Assembly: GCA_910578555.1 (NCBI GenBank)
Contig: CAJTPS010000001.1
Coordinates: 94,108-158,107, forward strand
From: an uncultured Lachnospiraceae bacterium
GTDB lineage: Bacteria > Bacillota > Clostridia > Lachnospirales > Lachnospiraceae
Length of the DNA stretch: 64,000 nt
Reading direction: 5' to 3'
Of this stretch, positions 30,671 through 39,581 are shown piece by piece. Both the position numbers and the translations under genes were made by a program. Below the pieces are notes generated by a model. It saw nothing but the letters and a program-made list of their open reading frames with translations, searched no databases and had not been told where the DNA came from. How positions within the stretch are numbered: the first letter of the stretch is position 1; each line of letters begins with the position of its first letter.

Positions 30671-31753
30671 ATGTCAGACGAGAAAACAATTCCCTTCATA
30701 CAAGTGGATAATCTGAAGAAGTATTATCCGGTCAAAGGTGGTATCATCACGCATACGACCGGATATGTCAAAGCGGTGGACGGCGTCAGTTTTTCTGTTA
30801 TGCGGGGGCAGACGCTGGGGCTTGTGGGCGAGTCAGGCTGCGGCAAATCTACCGTCGGAAGACAGCTGGTAGGGCTGGAGGTGCCTACGGAGGGGAAGAT
30901 CTACTATAACGGCTGTGACCTGACGGCGCTGCAGAAGAATAAAAAAGAGATGCAGCGTATTCGGACGAAGCTGCAGATGGTTTTCCAGGACCCGTATTCT
31001 TCGCTGAACCCGAGGAAACATATCTATGAGATATTGGCGCAGCCTATGCTGTATCACCAGATCTCGGAGAAGAGAACTGTGGAACGGGATATTCATAAGA
31101 TCCTGGACATGGTCGGGCTGCCTAAGACGGTTCTGGGCAGATACCCGCATGAGTTTTCCGGCGGACAGCGCCAGAGAATCGGGATTGCGAAGGCGTTGTC
31201 GCTGCGTCCCGAGTTTATTGTGTGTGATGAGCCTGTCAGCGCTCTGGATGTGTCGATTCAGGCGCAGATTCTGAATCTGCTGAAGGAACTGCAGAAGGAA
31301 CTTGGTCTCACACTGCTGTTCGTGGGACATGGTCTGGGTGCGGTCAAATATGTCAGTGATCAGATTGCGGTCATGTATCTGGGCAAGATCGTAGAGTATG
31401 GCGAGGCAAAAGAAGTGTTCAGGCACCCGGTGCATCCGTATACGAAAGCGCTGCTGGAGGCGGTGCCGATTCCGGACCCGCGGGAAAGGAACAAGGGGCG
31501 TAAGCTGTTACAGGGAGAGATCGGAAGCAGCATGAATCCGCCGTCAGGGTGCAGATTCCATCCGCGCTGCCCCTATGCGGTCGAGCAGTGTAAGGCGGAT
31601 GATCCGGCACAATATGCTGTAGTGGAAACCGGACACAATACACGGGGCGGCAATGCGGCGCTGCAGGCGGCGCAGAAGGAAAAAGAAACGGGACGCCATG
31701 TAGCGGCATGTCCCATAGTTTTATCCGGTACGGAGGCGGCAATTCATGGGTAA
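30671..31753 (+). CDS. Peptide ABC transporter ATP-binding protein (OppF/DppF type)
   Basis: GESGCGKS, FSGGQRQR, DEPVSALD, GCRFHPRC. Confidence 0.93.
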   Translation: MSDEKTIPFIQVDNLKKYYPVKGGIITHTTGYVKAVDGVSFSVMRGQTLGLVGESGCGKSTVGRQLVGLEVPTEGKIYYNGCDLTALQKNKKEMQRIRTKLQMVFQDPYSSLNPRKHIYEILAQPMLYHQISEKRTVERDIHKILDMVGLPKTVLGRYPHEFSGGQRQRIGIAKALSLRPEFIVCDEPVSALDVSIQAQILNLLKELQKELGLTLLFVGHGLGAVKYVSDQIAVMYLGKIVEYGEAKEVFRHPVHPYTKALLEAVPIPDPRERNKGRKLLQGEIGSSMNPPSGCRFHPRCPYAVEQCKADDPAQYAVVETGHNTRGGNAALQAAQKEKETGRHVAACPIVLSGTEAAIHG

Positions 31754-32693
31754 ATATATATTGAAACGTATACTGATTGCCATTCCGGTTCTGATCGGTA
31801 TTACAATCATTGATTATGTAATTATGTGTCTTGCGGGGAGCCCGCTGGCAATGCTGCAGGGGCCGCGGGTGTCGGAAGCGGCTCTGGAGGCGAAGAAGAT
31901 TGCGCTTGGACTGGATCAGCCCGTCTACGTGCAGTATTTCGTGTGGCTGGGTCAGCTGCTACAGGGTAATCTGGGATACTCTATGAAATCTTATCAGCCG
32001 GTGAGCGCAATGATCGGGAGTCATATCGGCCCTACGCTTCTCCTGATGGGCGTATCGCTTCTGGCGAGTATGATTCTGGCTGTTCCGGCGGGTATTTACA
32101 GTGCAATTCATCAGTATTCCAAGGGAGATTATGCGGTGGTGACAGTCTCTTTTCTGGGAAGCAGTGTGCCGGGATTCTTCTTTTCGCTGCTGCTGATCTA
32201 TATCTTTACCGTGCGGCTCGGCTGGCTGCCGTCCGGCGGCATGACGACGCTTGGCACGGAGGGCGGCGCCACAGATGTGGCGAAGCATATGGTGATGCCC
32301 GTGATCGTGCTTGCATTTTCCATGGCGGGCAGCAATATTCGTTACATCAGAAGCGCTATGCTGGAGATTCTGCAGCAGGATTATCTGCGGACAGCCAGAG
32401 CAAAGGGAATCGGACACTTCAGAGTCATTAATAAACACGCGCTGCGCAATGCGCTTGTACCGATTATCACGGTGATCGGCATGGAGATTCCCGTGCTGTT
32501 TGGCGGCGCGGTGATTATTGAGCAGATTTTTTCATGGCCGGGACTGGGGCTTATGACCATGAGCGCCATCAGCAATCGCGACTATCCGGTGATTATGGGC
32601 GTGTGCCTGTTATCGGCGGTTGTGGTACTCGTTGCAAATCTGGTTACGGATATTCTGTATGCATTGGTTGACCCTACCATTCAGCTGGATTAG
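31746..32693 (+). CDS. Peptide ABC transporter permease (OppB type)
   Basis: TM helices; DYLRTARAKG, HALRNA and RDYPVI motifs. Confidence 0.93.
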   Translation: MGKYILKRILIAIPVLIGITIIDYVIMCLAGSPLAMLQGPRVSEAALEAKKIALGLDQPVYVQYFVWLGQLLQGNLGYSMKSYQPVSAMIGSHIGPTLLLMGVSLLASMILAVPAGIYSAIHQYSKGDYAVVTVSFLGSSVPGFFFSLLLIYIFTVRLGWLPSGGMTTLGTEGGATDVAKHMVMPVIVLAFSMAGSNIRYIRSAMLEILQQDYLRTARAKGIGHFRVINKHALRNALVPIITVIGMEIPVLFGGAVIIEQIFSWPGLGLMTMSAISNRDYPVIMGVCLLSAVVVLVANLVTDILYALVDPTIQLD

Positions 32694-32705
32694 GAGGGCT
32701 TATAG

Positions 32706-33692
32706 GTGGCTTGGAAAAATACGGATAGAAAGCTCCATAAGATATGGAGGCGTGCAGATAAAAAATATGGTTCAAAATCGGCGATGGCAGTCAGTATGAT
32801 TGCAGGTTATGATGCTGAGAGTGCAGAGAAGAAAACAGATATATCCGGTGAGAGCTATCTGCAGACGGTTGTCAGGCGGTTTAAGCGGCATCATCTGGCA
32901 GCCGCCAGTCTGGTGGTCTTAGGTGTTATTGTTCTGGCGGCGCTCTTGGCACCGGTGATCGCGCCGTATGATCCTAACGATATTGTGGGACCTTTTGCGG
33001 GAGCGCCTTCGAAAGAGTTCTGGCTTGGCACGGATCAGATTGGCCGGGACGTTCTGAGCAGGCTCTTGTATGCCACGCGGATTTCCCTTCTGGTCGGTGT
33101 AATGGCGACGGTGATTTCGACAGTGATCGGCGTGATCCTCGGACTGATTGCCGGATACTTCGGCGGTGTGGCGGATATGATTATTATGCGCTTTACCGAT
33201 ATCGTGATGTCATTTCCTTATATACTGCTTGTGCTGGTGGCGGCGGCTATTTTCAAGCCGGGGCTTTGGAACATCATACTGATTCTGGGATTTGTAGACT
33301 GGCCGGGCATCGCCAGACTGGTGAGAGGCAATGTTCTGAATCTGCGGGAGACGAATTTTGTTAAAGGAAATATTGTGGCGGGTATGCCGCTTCGACATAT
33401 TCTGTTCTCGGAAATCCTGCCGAATACGGTGGCGCCGATTCTGGTTTATGCTACTTCCGTGCTGGCGTTATCCATTCTGGACGAGGCGGCGCTGAGCTTC
33501 TTAGGACAGGGCGTGCGGCCGCCGGAGGCGAGCCTTGGCAATATGCTAAACGGTGCACAGTCGCTTACCGTGCTCACCACCCAGCCATGGCTGTGGATTC
33601 CGCCGGGACTGCTGATTATCGTGATTGTTATGGCCATTAATTTTATCGGGGATGCCCTGCGGGATGCACTTGACCCGAACAGCGGAAGGTGA
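32706..33692 (+). CDS. Peptide ABC transporter permease (OppC type)
   Basis: LGTDQIGRD, LSFLGQG and GDALRDALDP motifs. Confidence 0.93.
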   Translation: MAWKNTDRKLHKIWRRADKKYGSKSAMAVSMIAGYDAESAEKKTDISGESYLQTVVRRFKRHHLAAASLVVLGVIVLAALLAPVIAPYDPNDIVGPFAGAPSKEFWLGTDQIGRDVLSRLLYATRISLLVGVMATVISTVIGVILGLIAGYFGGVADMIIMRFTDIVMSFPYILLVLVAAAIFKPGLWNIILILGFVDWPGIARLVRGNVLNLRETNFVKGNIVAGMPLRHILFSEILPNTVAPILVYATSVLALSILDEAALSFLGQGVRPPEASLGNMLNGAQSLTVLTTQPWLWIPPGLLIIVIVMAINFIGDALRDALDPNSGR

Positions 33693-33832
33693 ATGTGCGG
33701 GAGCGTGCTTAGAGCAGCCTGCACTGTTGTGCGTTTGCATGGTACAAGAAGACAGGCCGGCGGCAGAGTGGTGCCGGATTGACAGAAAGGACAGACGGGA
33801 AAGATCGTAAAGACTGAAGGAGGAGCATCCAT

Positions 33833-35080
33833 ATGAAGCCTGGTGACAGGAAGCAACTGGAACAGTATCTGATTAATAACTTCGAGTGGTTTCACAGACA
33901 CCCGGAACTGCCCTATGAGGAAGTGCAGACTACGGCGAAGATACGTGAACTGCTCACGGAGGCGGGGATAGAAGTATTACCTTATCCGCTTGCGACGGGG
34001 CTGGTGGCAGTGGTGCGCGGCGGGAAGGATGCCGGGAGCAGCCGGAATGTTGAGAAAGCGTATGAAGGAAAGGCGGCGGAGGGCATAGCGGGCGTGTCAG
34101 GCCGTACAATCGCACTTCGCTGTGACATCGATGCGCTCCCGGTCAGGGAGGAAGCGGCGGTGCCTTACGCTTCCGGGGCGGACGGCGTCATGCACGCATG
34201 CGGGCACGACTTTCATATTACGGCAGGAATCGGCGCGGCGATTCTGCTGCAGGAACGACGGGAAGAACTGTGCGGAACGGTCAAATTTATCTTCCAGCCG
34301 GCGGAGGAAGAGTCACATGGTGCATTAAAAATTCTTGAGACGGATGCGATGAATGACGTGGAACAGATCTGGGGATTTCACGCTGACCCTACGAACGCGG
34401 TGGGAGTGATCGGTATCAGGGAAGGCTATGTGACGGCGGCGGTGGACCGCTTTCTGATTCGTGTGAAAGGGACAGGCTGCCATGGCGCGCATCCGGATGA
34501 CGGCATCGATCCGATTCTTGCGTCGGCTGCAATCGTGCAGGGATTACAGTCTGTCGTGAGCCGCAGTGTAAATGCTTTTCATCCTTCGCTGCTCAGCGTA
34601 ACGAGAATACAGGCGGGAACCACATGGAATGTGATTCCGGCAGAAGCTGAGATGGAAGGTACGGTGCGCACGATGAACCGGGAGGATCGGATTCTGTATG
34701 AAAAGAGAGTGCGGGAGATTGCGGAGCGGATTGCAGACGCATACGGCGCAGAGGCGGAAGTTATCTGGACGGCAGGACCGCCGGCCACCTGGAATAACGG
34801 TGGGATGGCGCGGATCTGTGAGGAGACAGCGAAGAAACTCGGCATGAGGACCGTGCCCGAGGAGAGTTCCATGGGCGGCGATGACTTCGCGTATTATGAA
34901 GACAGAGACACTATGCACAGGGATGTGCCGGGCTGCTATGTGAAGATCGGTACGGGCGTGGGACATCCGATCCATCATCCGGCGTTTTGTGTGGACGAGT
35001 GTGTGATTCTGCCGGCGTCGGTATATCTGGCAGGAGTGCTTACTGCAGCACTATGTGATGCGGGAGATAGAGGAAATTAA
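33833..35080 (+). CDS. M20D-family amidohydrolase
   Basis: HRHPEL, RCDIDALP, MHACGHD, FQPAEE, GGDDF, IHHP motifs. Confidence 0.92.
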   Translation: MKPGDRKQLEQYLINNFEWFHRHPELPYEEVQTTAKIRELLTEAGIEVLPYPLATGLVAVVRGGKDAGSSRNVEKAYEGKAAEGIAGVSGRTIALRCDIDALPVREEAAVPYASGADGVMHACGHDFHITAGIGAAILLQERREELCGTVKFIFQPAEEESHGALKILETDAMNDVEQIWGFHADPTNAVGVIGIREGYVTAAVDRFLIRVKGTGCHGAHPDDGIDPILASAAIVQGLQSVVSRSVNAFHPSLLSVTRIQAGTTWNVIPAEAEMEGTVRTMNREDRILYEKRVREIAERIADAYGAEAEVIWTAGPPATWNNGGMARICEETAKKLGMRTVPEESSMGGDDFAYYEDRDTMHRDVPGCYVKIGTGVGHPIHHPAFCVDECVILPASVYLAGVLTAALCDAGDRGN

Positions 35081-35133
35081 TGTACTGTTCATTCGCATGC
35101 GGCCTTTTGGCTGCGAGCGAATGATACAGTACA
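35081..35133. repeat. Long inverted repeat directly after the amidohydrolase stop codon
   Basis: TGTACTGTTCATTCGC ... GCGAATGATACAGTACA. Confidence 0.6.
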
Positions 35134-35274
35134 CTCATCGTGCTTCAAGCTCGTGAAGCGAATCTCGCCGACTGCGTGAGCATTTTATGCAATATGCCTA
35201 TGCAAGGTTCACGAAGCACCTTTTGACACCTTAATCTCTATCGAAAATTCCTCGGCGTATAATATTGAGGGATT

Positions 35275-35413
35275 AGTGTGAAAAATAAGCTTGATAGCTC
35301 ATTTTTCACACGGCTATTTGTGCCGCAGGCGTCACAAAATAGCTCTTATCGCAGAGCCGAATCTGATATTCGGCTCGTGATTCCTCCGACGCTAAAGCGT
35401 CTGCGGAATGGAG
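35275..35413 (+). repeat. Pseudoknotted intergenic repeat / candidate structured RNA, family 2, copy C
   Basis: GTGTGAAAAAT..TGAT..ATTTTTCACAC hairpin; GCTATTTGTG-CCGCAGGCGT-CACAAAATAGC hairpin; 3' AAGCGTCTGCGGAATGGAG. Confidence 0.8.
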
Positions 35414-35414
35414 A

Positions 35415-35894
35415 TTAATATACAACATTGACAGCCGGTCCTTCGACACTTACCCACTCAGCAGGACTTGCGCCCCGGGAGGCGAGATAGTAATAGGAAG
35501 CGGGCTTGCCGACTCCGTGGCCGGCGTCATGCCATATGTTGCGTGCAAGAACGATGACATCGCCCTGGCGCAGGATTACAGAACGTACATCTTCTGCCTG
35601 GGGAGGCAGCGTGCCGCGCGATTTTGCGAAGCATACAATGACCGGTTCTGACATACAGAAGAGCGCTTCCATGGTGTGGTCGTGCTTTTCCATGGATTGC
35701 AGAACATATGGTGCGCTCTGTCCGATTGTATATCCCAGATGTGCAGGGGCATCGATCAGGGGAGAGCGGGTCATGTGATCCTCAAAGACGTCTGTCTGAC
35801 AGTGCATGACATCATGCTGATCATCGAGCATATTGTAGTAAAAGCCATATTCTGTAAAATCAAATTCTTTTATTTCCACAGCACGGATAATCAT
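35415..35894 (-). CDS. Ureidoglycolate-lyase-like cupin protein
   Basis: MEKHDHTMEALF and NIWHDA metal-binding pattern resembling the AllA-type ERH...WH motifs. Confidence 0.65.
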   Translation of the reverse strand: MIIRAVEIKEFDFTEYGFYYNMLDDQHDVMHCQTDVFEDHMTRSPLIDAPAHLGYTIGQSAPYVLQSMEKHDHTMEALFCMSEPVIVCFAKSRGTLPPQAEDVRSVILRQGDVIVLARNIWHDAGHGVGKPASYYYLASRGASPAEWVSVEGPAVNVVY

Positions 35895-36796
35895 ACGTTC
35901 TCCTTTCTTAATTCACCCAGGTTTGTAAGACACATAACAAGTACCGTGATAATATAAGGAGCCGCCAGTACTAACTGAGAAGGGATGCTGAATCCCTGAA
36001 GCCCGACGGACAATGCATCTGCAAAGGCAAAGATCAGGCAGGCGAAAAACGATTTCAAGGGATCGCCTTTACCGATTCTTGCAGCCGATACGGCAAGGAA
36101 ACCTTTGCCGGCGGACATGTTTTCCGTGAACATGGATATACCGCACAGCGGCAGACATGTCCCGGCGGCGCCTGCCAGTACGCCTGTGACAATCAGGGAA
36201 GCCCATTTGTATTTCAGGACGGAGACGCCGGCAGACTGCATAGCCTCCTCATTGCTGCCGACGCCGCGGATTCTGAGTCCGAAAGGCGTCCTGTACATGA
36301 CAATCTGTGCGATAATGACAACTAGAAAAGCCAGATATACAAGGGTGTTCTGATTATTTAAAATACTGCCGATATATGGAATCCTGTCTAAGAACGGGAT
36401 GTGAATCGTGCCGAAACTCTTGATTCTGGAGTCCATGACAGAACCGCGGGTATGAAAAATATTATACATCAACAGTGTGGTAAAACCCCATGCGCTCAGG
36501 TTCATTGCGATGCCGATTACGATCGGGTCTGATTTAAAGTGCAGGACAAAGATACCGAAAACGGCAGACATCACAATACCGGATACGATTCCGAATAATA
36601 AGCCCATAGAAGCATTTTCAAATAAGTAACTTCCCCAGGTGGCAAAGAAGGCGCTTGTAAGTACATAACTTTCCAAGCCGATATTAAAAATTCTGGCTTT
36701 ATGCCCGTAAGCGCTTCCGACGGCGGCAAGAGCGATCGGTGCGGACAGGCGTACCATTGCCGACAGTGTGGAAATGCTGAATATCAATTGGAACAT
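35891..36796 (-). CDS. Nucleoside/sugar (CUT2) ABC transporter permease
   Basis: FNIGLE, TPFGLRIRGVGSN, GKGFLAV and APYIITV motifs. Confidence 0.9.
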   Translation of the reverse strand: MFQLIFSISTLSAMVRLSAPIALAAVGSAYGHKARIFNIGLESYVLTSAFFATWGSYLFENASMGLLFGIVSGIVMSAVFGIFVLHFKSDPIVIGIAMNLSAWGFTTLLMYNIFHTRGSVMDSRIKSFGTIHIPFLDRIPYIGSILNNQNTLVYLAFLVVIIAQIVMYRTPFGLRIRGVGSNEEAMQSAGVSVLKYKWASLIVTGVLAGAAGTCLPLCGISMFTENMSAGKGFLAVSAARIGKGDPLKSFFACLIFAFADALSVGLQGFSIPSQLVLAAPYIITVLVMCLTNLGELRKENV

Positions 36797-36802
36797 ACGG
36801 CA

Positions 36803-37900
36803 TTACACCTCCTCTTTCTGTATGCGAAGCCTGCGGATCTGTCTTTTTTCTTTCAATTGCTTAGATAATGCCTCATAGTCGATGGCGACAAGCAGTACGA
36901 ATACGGATTGAAGAACCATGACGACGAGCCGGTTGGTAGAGGTTGTCCGTTCCATTTGAAAAGAACCGGCCTTGAGCATCCCCCATATAATGGAAATGAT
37001 GATGACGGCCAGCGGATTGTTCCTGGCAATCGAAGCAATCATAACACCGTCCCATCCGAGGTTGGTTGCGAAAGCAGGGCGGAATTTGCCGAATGTACCG
37101 GTCATTTCCGTGCCGCCGCACACACCGCTGATAAATCCGCTTAAAAGAAAAATCATGATAAAAGTTCTCTTATAATTGATGCCGCCGTATTTTGAAAACC
37201 TGAGGTTTTCGCCTACTTGCTTCAGTTCATATCCTTTGACGGTATAGCGGTACAGCAGGTAGATAATAACCGCGATGCCGATCGCGATAAAGAATGCCGT
37301 TGTTGCACTGGTCTTCGGAATAATCACGGAGAGCCTTGCCGTTGTATGCATATCGGGAGTCGCAATGGCGTCAGCCAGCTCCGAGGCGTCAAATCCCATA
37401 TATTTAAAGACGAGATATTCTGTAAATAAATTTGCGGCATAGTTCAACATCAATGTACAGATTAATTCATTGACGTTTAGTTTCAGCTTCAGTATTGCCG
37501 GTATGAATGCAAAAGCCATTCCGGCAAGGCCGCCGATCAGAAGACAGACCGGAATATGCACAAACCGGGGCAGTGTGAGTGCAGAACCTGCGATTGCCGC
37601 GGCGAAAGCACCGAAATACATCTGCCCTTCGATACCGCAGTTCCAGATACCGGACTTAAAAGCTATTACAGCAGCGATTCCGGTTATGATGCTGGGTGTC
37701 GCCCAGCGGATTGTTGTACCGATGGCGCTGGGACTTCCTATGGAGCCGATAATCATTGCTTTTAAAGCTTCCAGAGGGCTGTTCCCTTGAGAAAGAATAA
37801 TAACCGCTCCGATTGCCATGACCAGAAGGGCCGAAACAAAGTATTTCAGTATTTCCAACCGGGCAGCCTGTGATATTTTAAGTCTTATGTTTCTCTTCAT
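36803..37900 (-). CDS. Nucleoside/sugar (CUT2) ABC transporter permease
   Basis: WNCGIEGQ, NELICTLMLNY, GYELKQVGEN, GWDGVMIA motifs. Confidence 0.9.
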   Translation of the reverse strand: MKRNIRLKISQAARLEILKYFVSALLVMAIGAVIILSQGNSPLEALKAMIIGSIGSPSAIGTTIRWATPSIITGIAAVIAFKSGIWNCGIEGQMYFGAFAAAIAGSALTLPRFVHIPVCLLIGGLAGMAFAFIPAILKLKLNVNELICTLMLNYAANLFTEYLVFKYMGFDASELADAIATPDMHTTARLSVIIPKTSATTAFFIAIGIAVIIYLLYRYTVKGYELKQVGENLRFSKYGGINYKRTFIMIFLLSGFISGVCGGTEMTGTFGKFRPAFATNLGWDGVMIASIARNNPLAVIIISIIWGMLKAGSFQMERTTSTNRLVVMVLQSVFVLLVAIDYEALSKQLKEKRQIRRLRIQKEEV

Positions 37901-37901
37901 T

Positions 37902-39419
37902 TCATGCTTTCCCTCCCAACATATATAATCCGATGGTTTTCTCATCCAACTCGGGAGTATTGTCCAGATCGGCGGCAATCTCACCGTTATACATGACCAG
38001 AATCCGGTCGGATAACTCCATGACCTCGCCAAGCTCATGGCTGACTAACAATACAGATACGCCTTCCTGTGCAATGTCGATGATTTTCTGCCATATAAAT
38101 TCTATGGCGCCGACATCAATTCCTCTGGTCGGATCTTCGATGATCAACAGGTCATTGTTCTGGGAAAACTCTCTTCCTACAATGGTCTTCTGGATGTTTC
38201 CGCCGGACAAATCACCGATTTTAGCGTGAATGTTCTGCACCTTTACCTGATAGTTTTCCACAACGAAGCGGGTAAATGACGACGCCTCTTCTTTGTTCAA
38301 CAGCCACGGTGTTTTGAACTTGTGTGCCACGTGATATCCCATGATGCAGTTTTCAATCAGGTTTGCATGGACATTACAGCCGGTGGAAATACGGTCCTGC
38401 GGCACATACCCGATTTTCTTTTCCCGTTTCCGGCGGGGAGAAGCCGTGGTTATGTTCTCGCCCTTATAGGTTATCGTACCGCCTTCGGGAGTTCTCAGAC
38501 CGAAGACTGCCTCAATCAGTTCGCTTTGTCCGGATCCGGCCACACCGGCAATCCCGAGAATTTCTCCTTTCCTGACAGAGAAAGAAACGTGTTTCACTTT
38601 TTCGGTGCCGTCGCTTCCGAGTGCAGTCAGATTGTCAATTTCCAGGATCGGTTCGGCAATTTTCTTTTCGTGCTTTGTTGTGTTGAAAAGTACCTGTCGA
38701 CCAACCATCAGGTTGGCAAGCCTGTGCTCGTCCGTCTCATGCGGCGACAGATTTCCTGTCACAACGCCGTTTTTCAGAACGGTAATATAATCAGAGATTT
38801 CCATGACTTCTTTGAGCTTGTGAGTAATCAGGATGACGGTTTTCCCCTGTTTTGTCAGATATCTGATTGCCTGAAACAGCCCCTCAATTCCCTGCGGCGT
38901 CAATACGGAAGTGGGTTCGTCCAGGATAATAATCTCCGCTCCCTTATATAAGATTTTGACGATCTCCACCTGTTGGAGGAGCGATACCGGCAGTTCGGAA
39001 ACTTTCTTGTCAAGCGGAATGGAAAAGCCATATCTTTCGGCAATTTCCTGAATGTCTCTGGCAGCCTGCTTTTTATTGAGAAAACCGCCCAGACTCTTCG
39101 TCTCAAATCCCATCATCAGGTTCTCCAGAACCGTTAATTCCTGAAAAAGCATGAATTCCTGATGAACCATTCCGATACCGCATTTGGTCGCATCGTTGGG
39201 ATTGCGGAAGACTACATGCTTACCTTCGACAAGTATTTCACCGCCGTTGGGTTTATAGATGCCGGATATAATATTCATCAGAGTACTTTTGCCGGCGCCG
39301 TTTTCTCCGATGATTGAATGGACAGTACCGCGCCTCACGCTGAGGCTGACATCGTCATTGGCAATCAAACTGCCGAAATATTTATAGATATGTCGTGCTT
39401 CAAGGATGATGTCCTCCAT
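37902..39419 (-). CDS. Nucleoside/sugar ABC transporter ATP-binding protein (two NBDs)
   Basis: GENGAGKST, LDEPTSVL, LSGGNIQK, PTRGIDVGA. Confidence 0.93.
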   Translation of the reverse strand: MEDIILEARHIYKYFGSLIANDDVSLSVRRGTVHSIIGENGAGKSTLMNIISGIYKPNGGEILVEGKHVVFRNPNDATKCGIGMVHQEFMLFQELTVLENLMMGFETKSLGGFLNKKQAARDIQEIAERYGFSIPLDKKVSELPVSLLQQVEIVKILYKGAEIIILDEPTSVLTPQGIEGLFQAIRYLTKQGKTVILITHKLKEVMEISDYITVLKNGVVTGNLSPHETDEHRLANLMVGRQVLFNTTKHEKKIAEPILEIDNLTALGSDGTEKVKHVSFSVRKGEILGIAGVAGSGQSELIEAVFGLRTPEGGTITYKGENITTASPRRKREKKIGYVPQDRISTGCNVHANLIENCIMGYHVAHKFKTPWLLNKEEASSFTRFVVENYQVKVQNIHAKIGDLSGGNIQKTIVGREFSQNNDLLIIEDPTRGIDVGAIEFIWQKIIDIAQEGVSVLLVSHELGEVMELSDRILVMYNGEIAADLDNTPELDEKTIGLYMLGGKA

Positions 39420-39434
39420 AATATTGCCTCCTAT

Positions 39435-39482
39435 AAAAAATCGAGCTACGCTCGATTGCGAGTCCGCTTCGCGGCCTCGGAA
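39435..39482 (+). repeat. REP-like double-hairpin repeat, family 1, copy 4
   Basis: AAAAAATCGAGCTACGCTCGATTGCGAGTCCGCTTCGCGGCCTCGGAA. Confidence 0.8.
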
Positions 39483-39581
39483 TGCTTTACATTCTTTCTG
39501 AATGGTTTACATTGCTGCAATTTCCTATGGTATAAATAACCTCCGGCGGTATGGAAATGCCTCCGGAGGTTTGTGTGCTTT

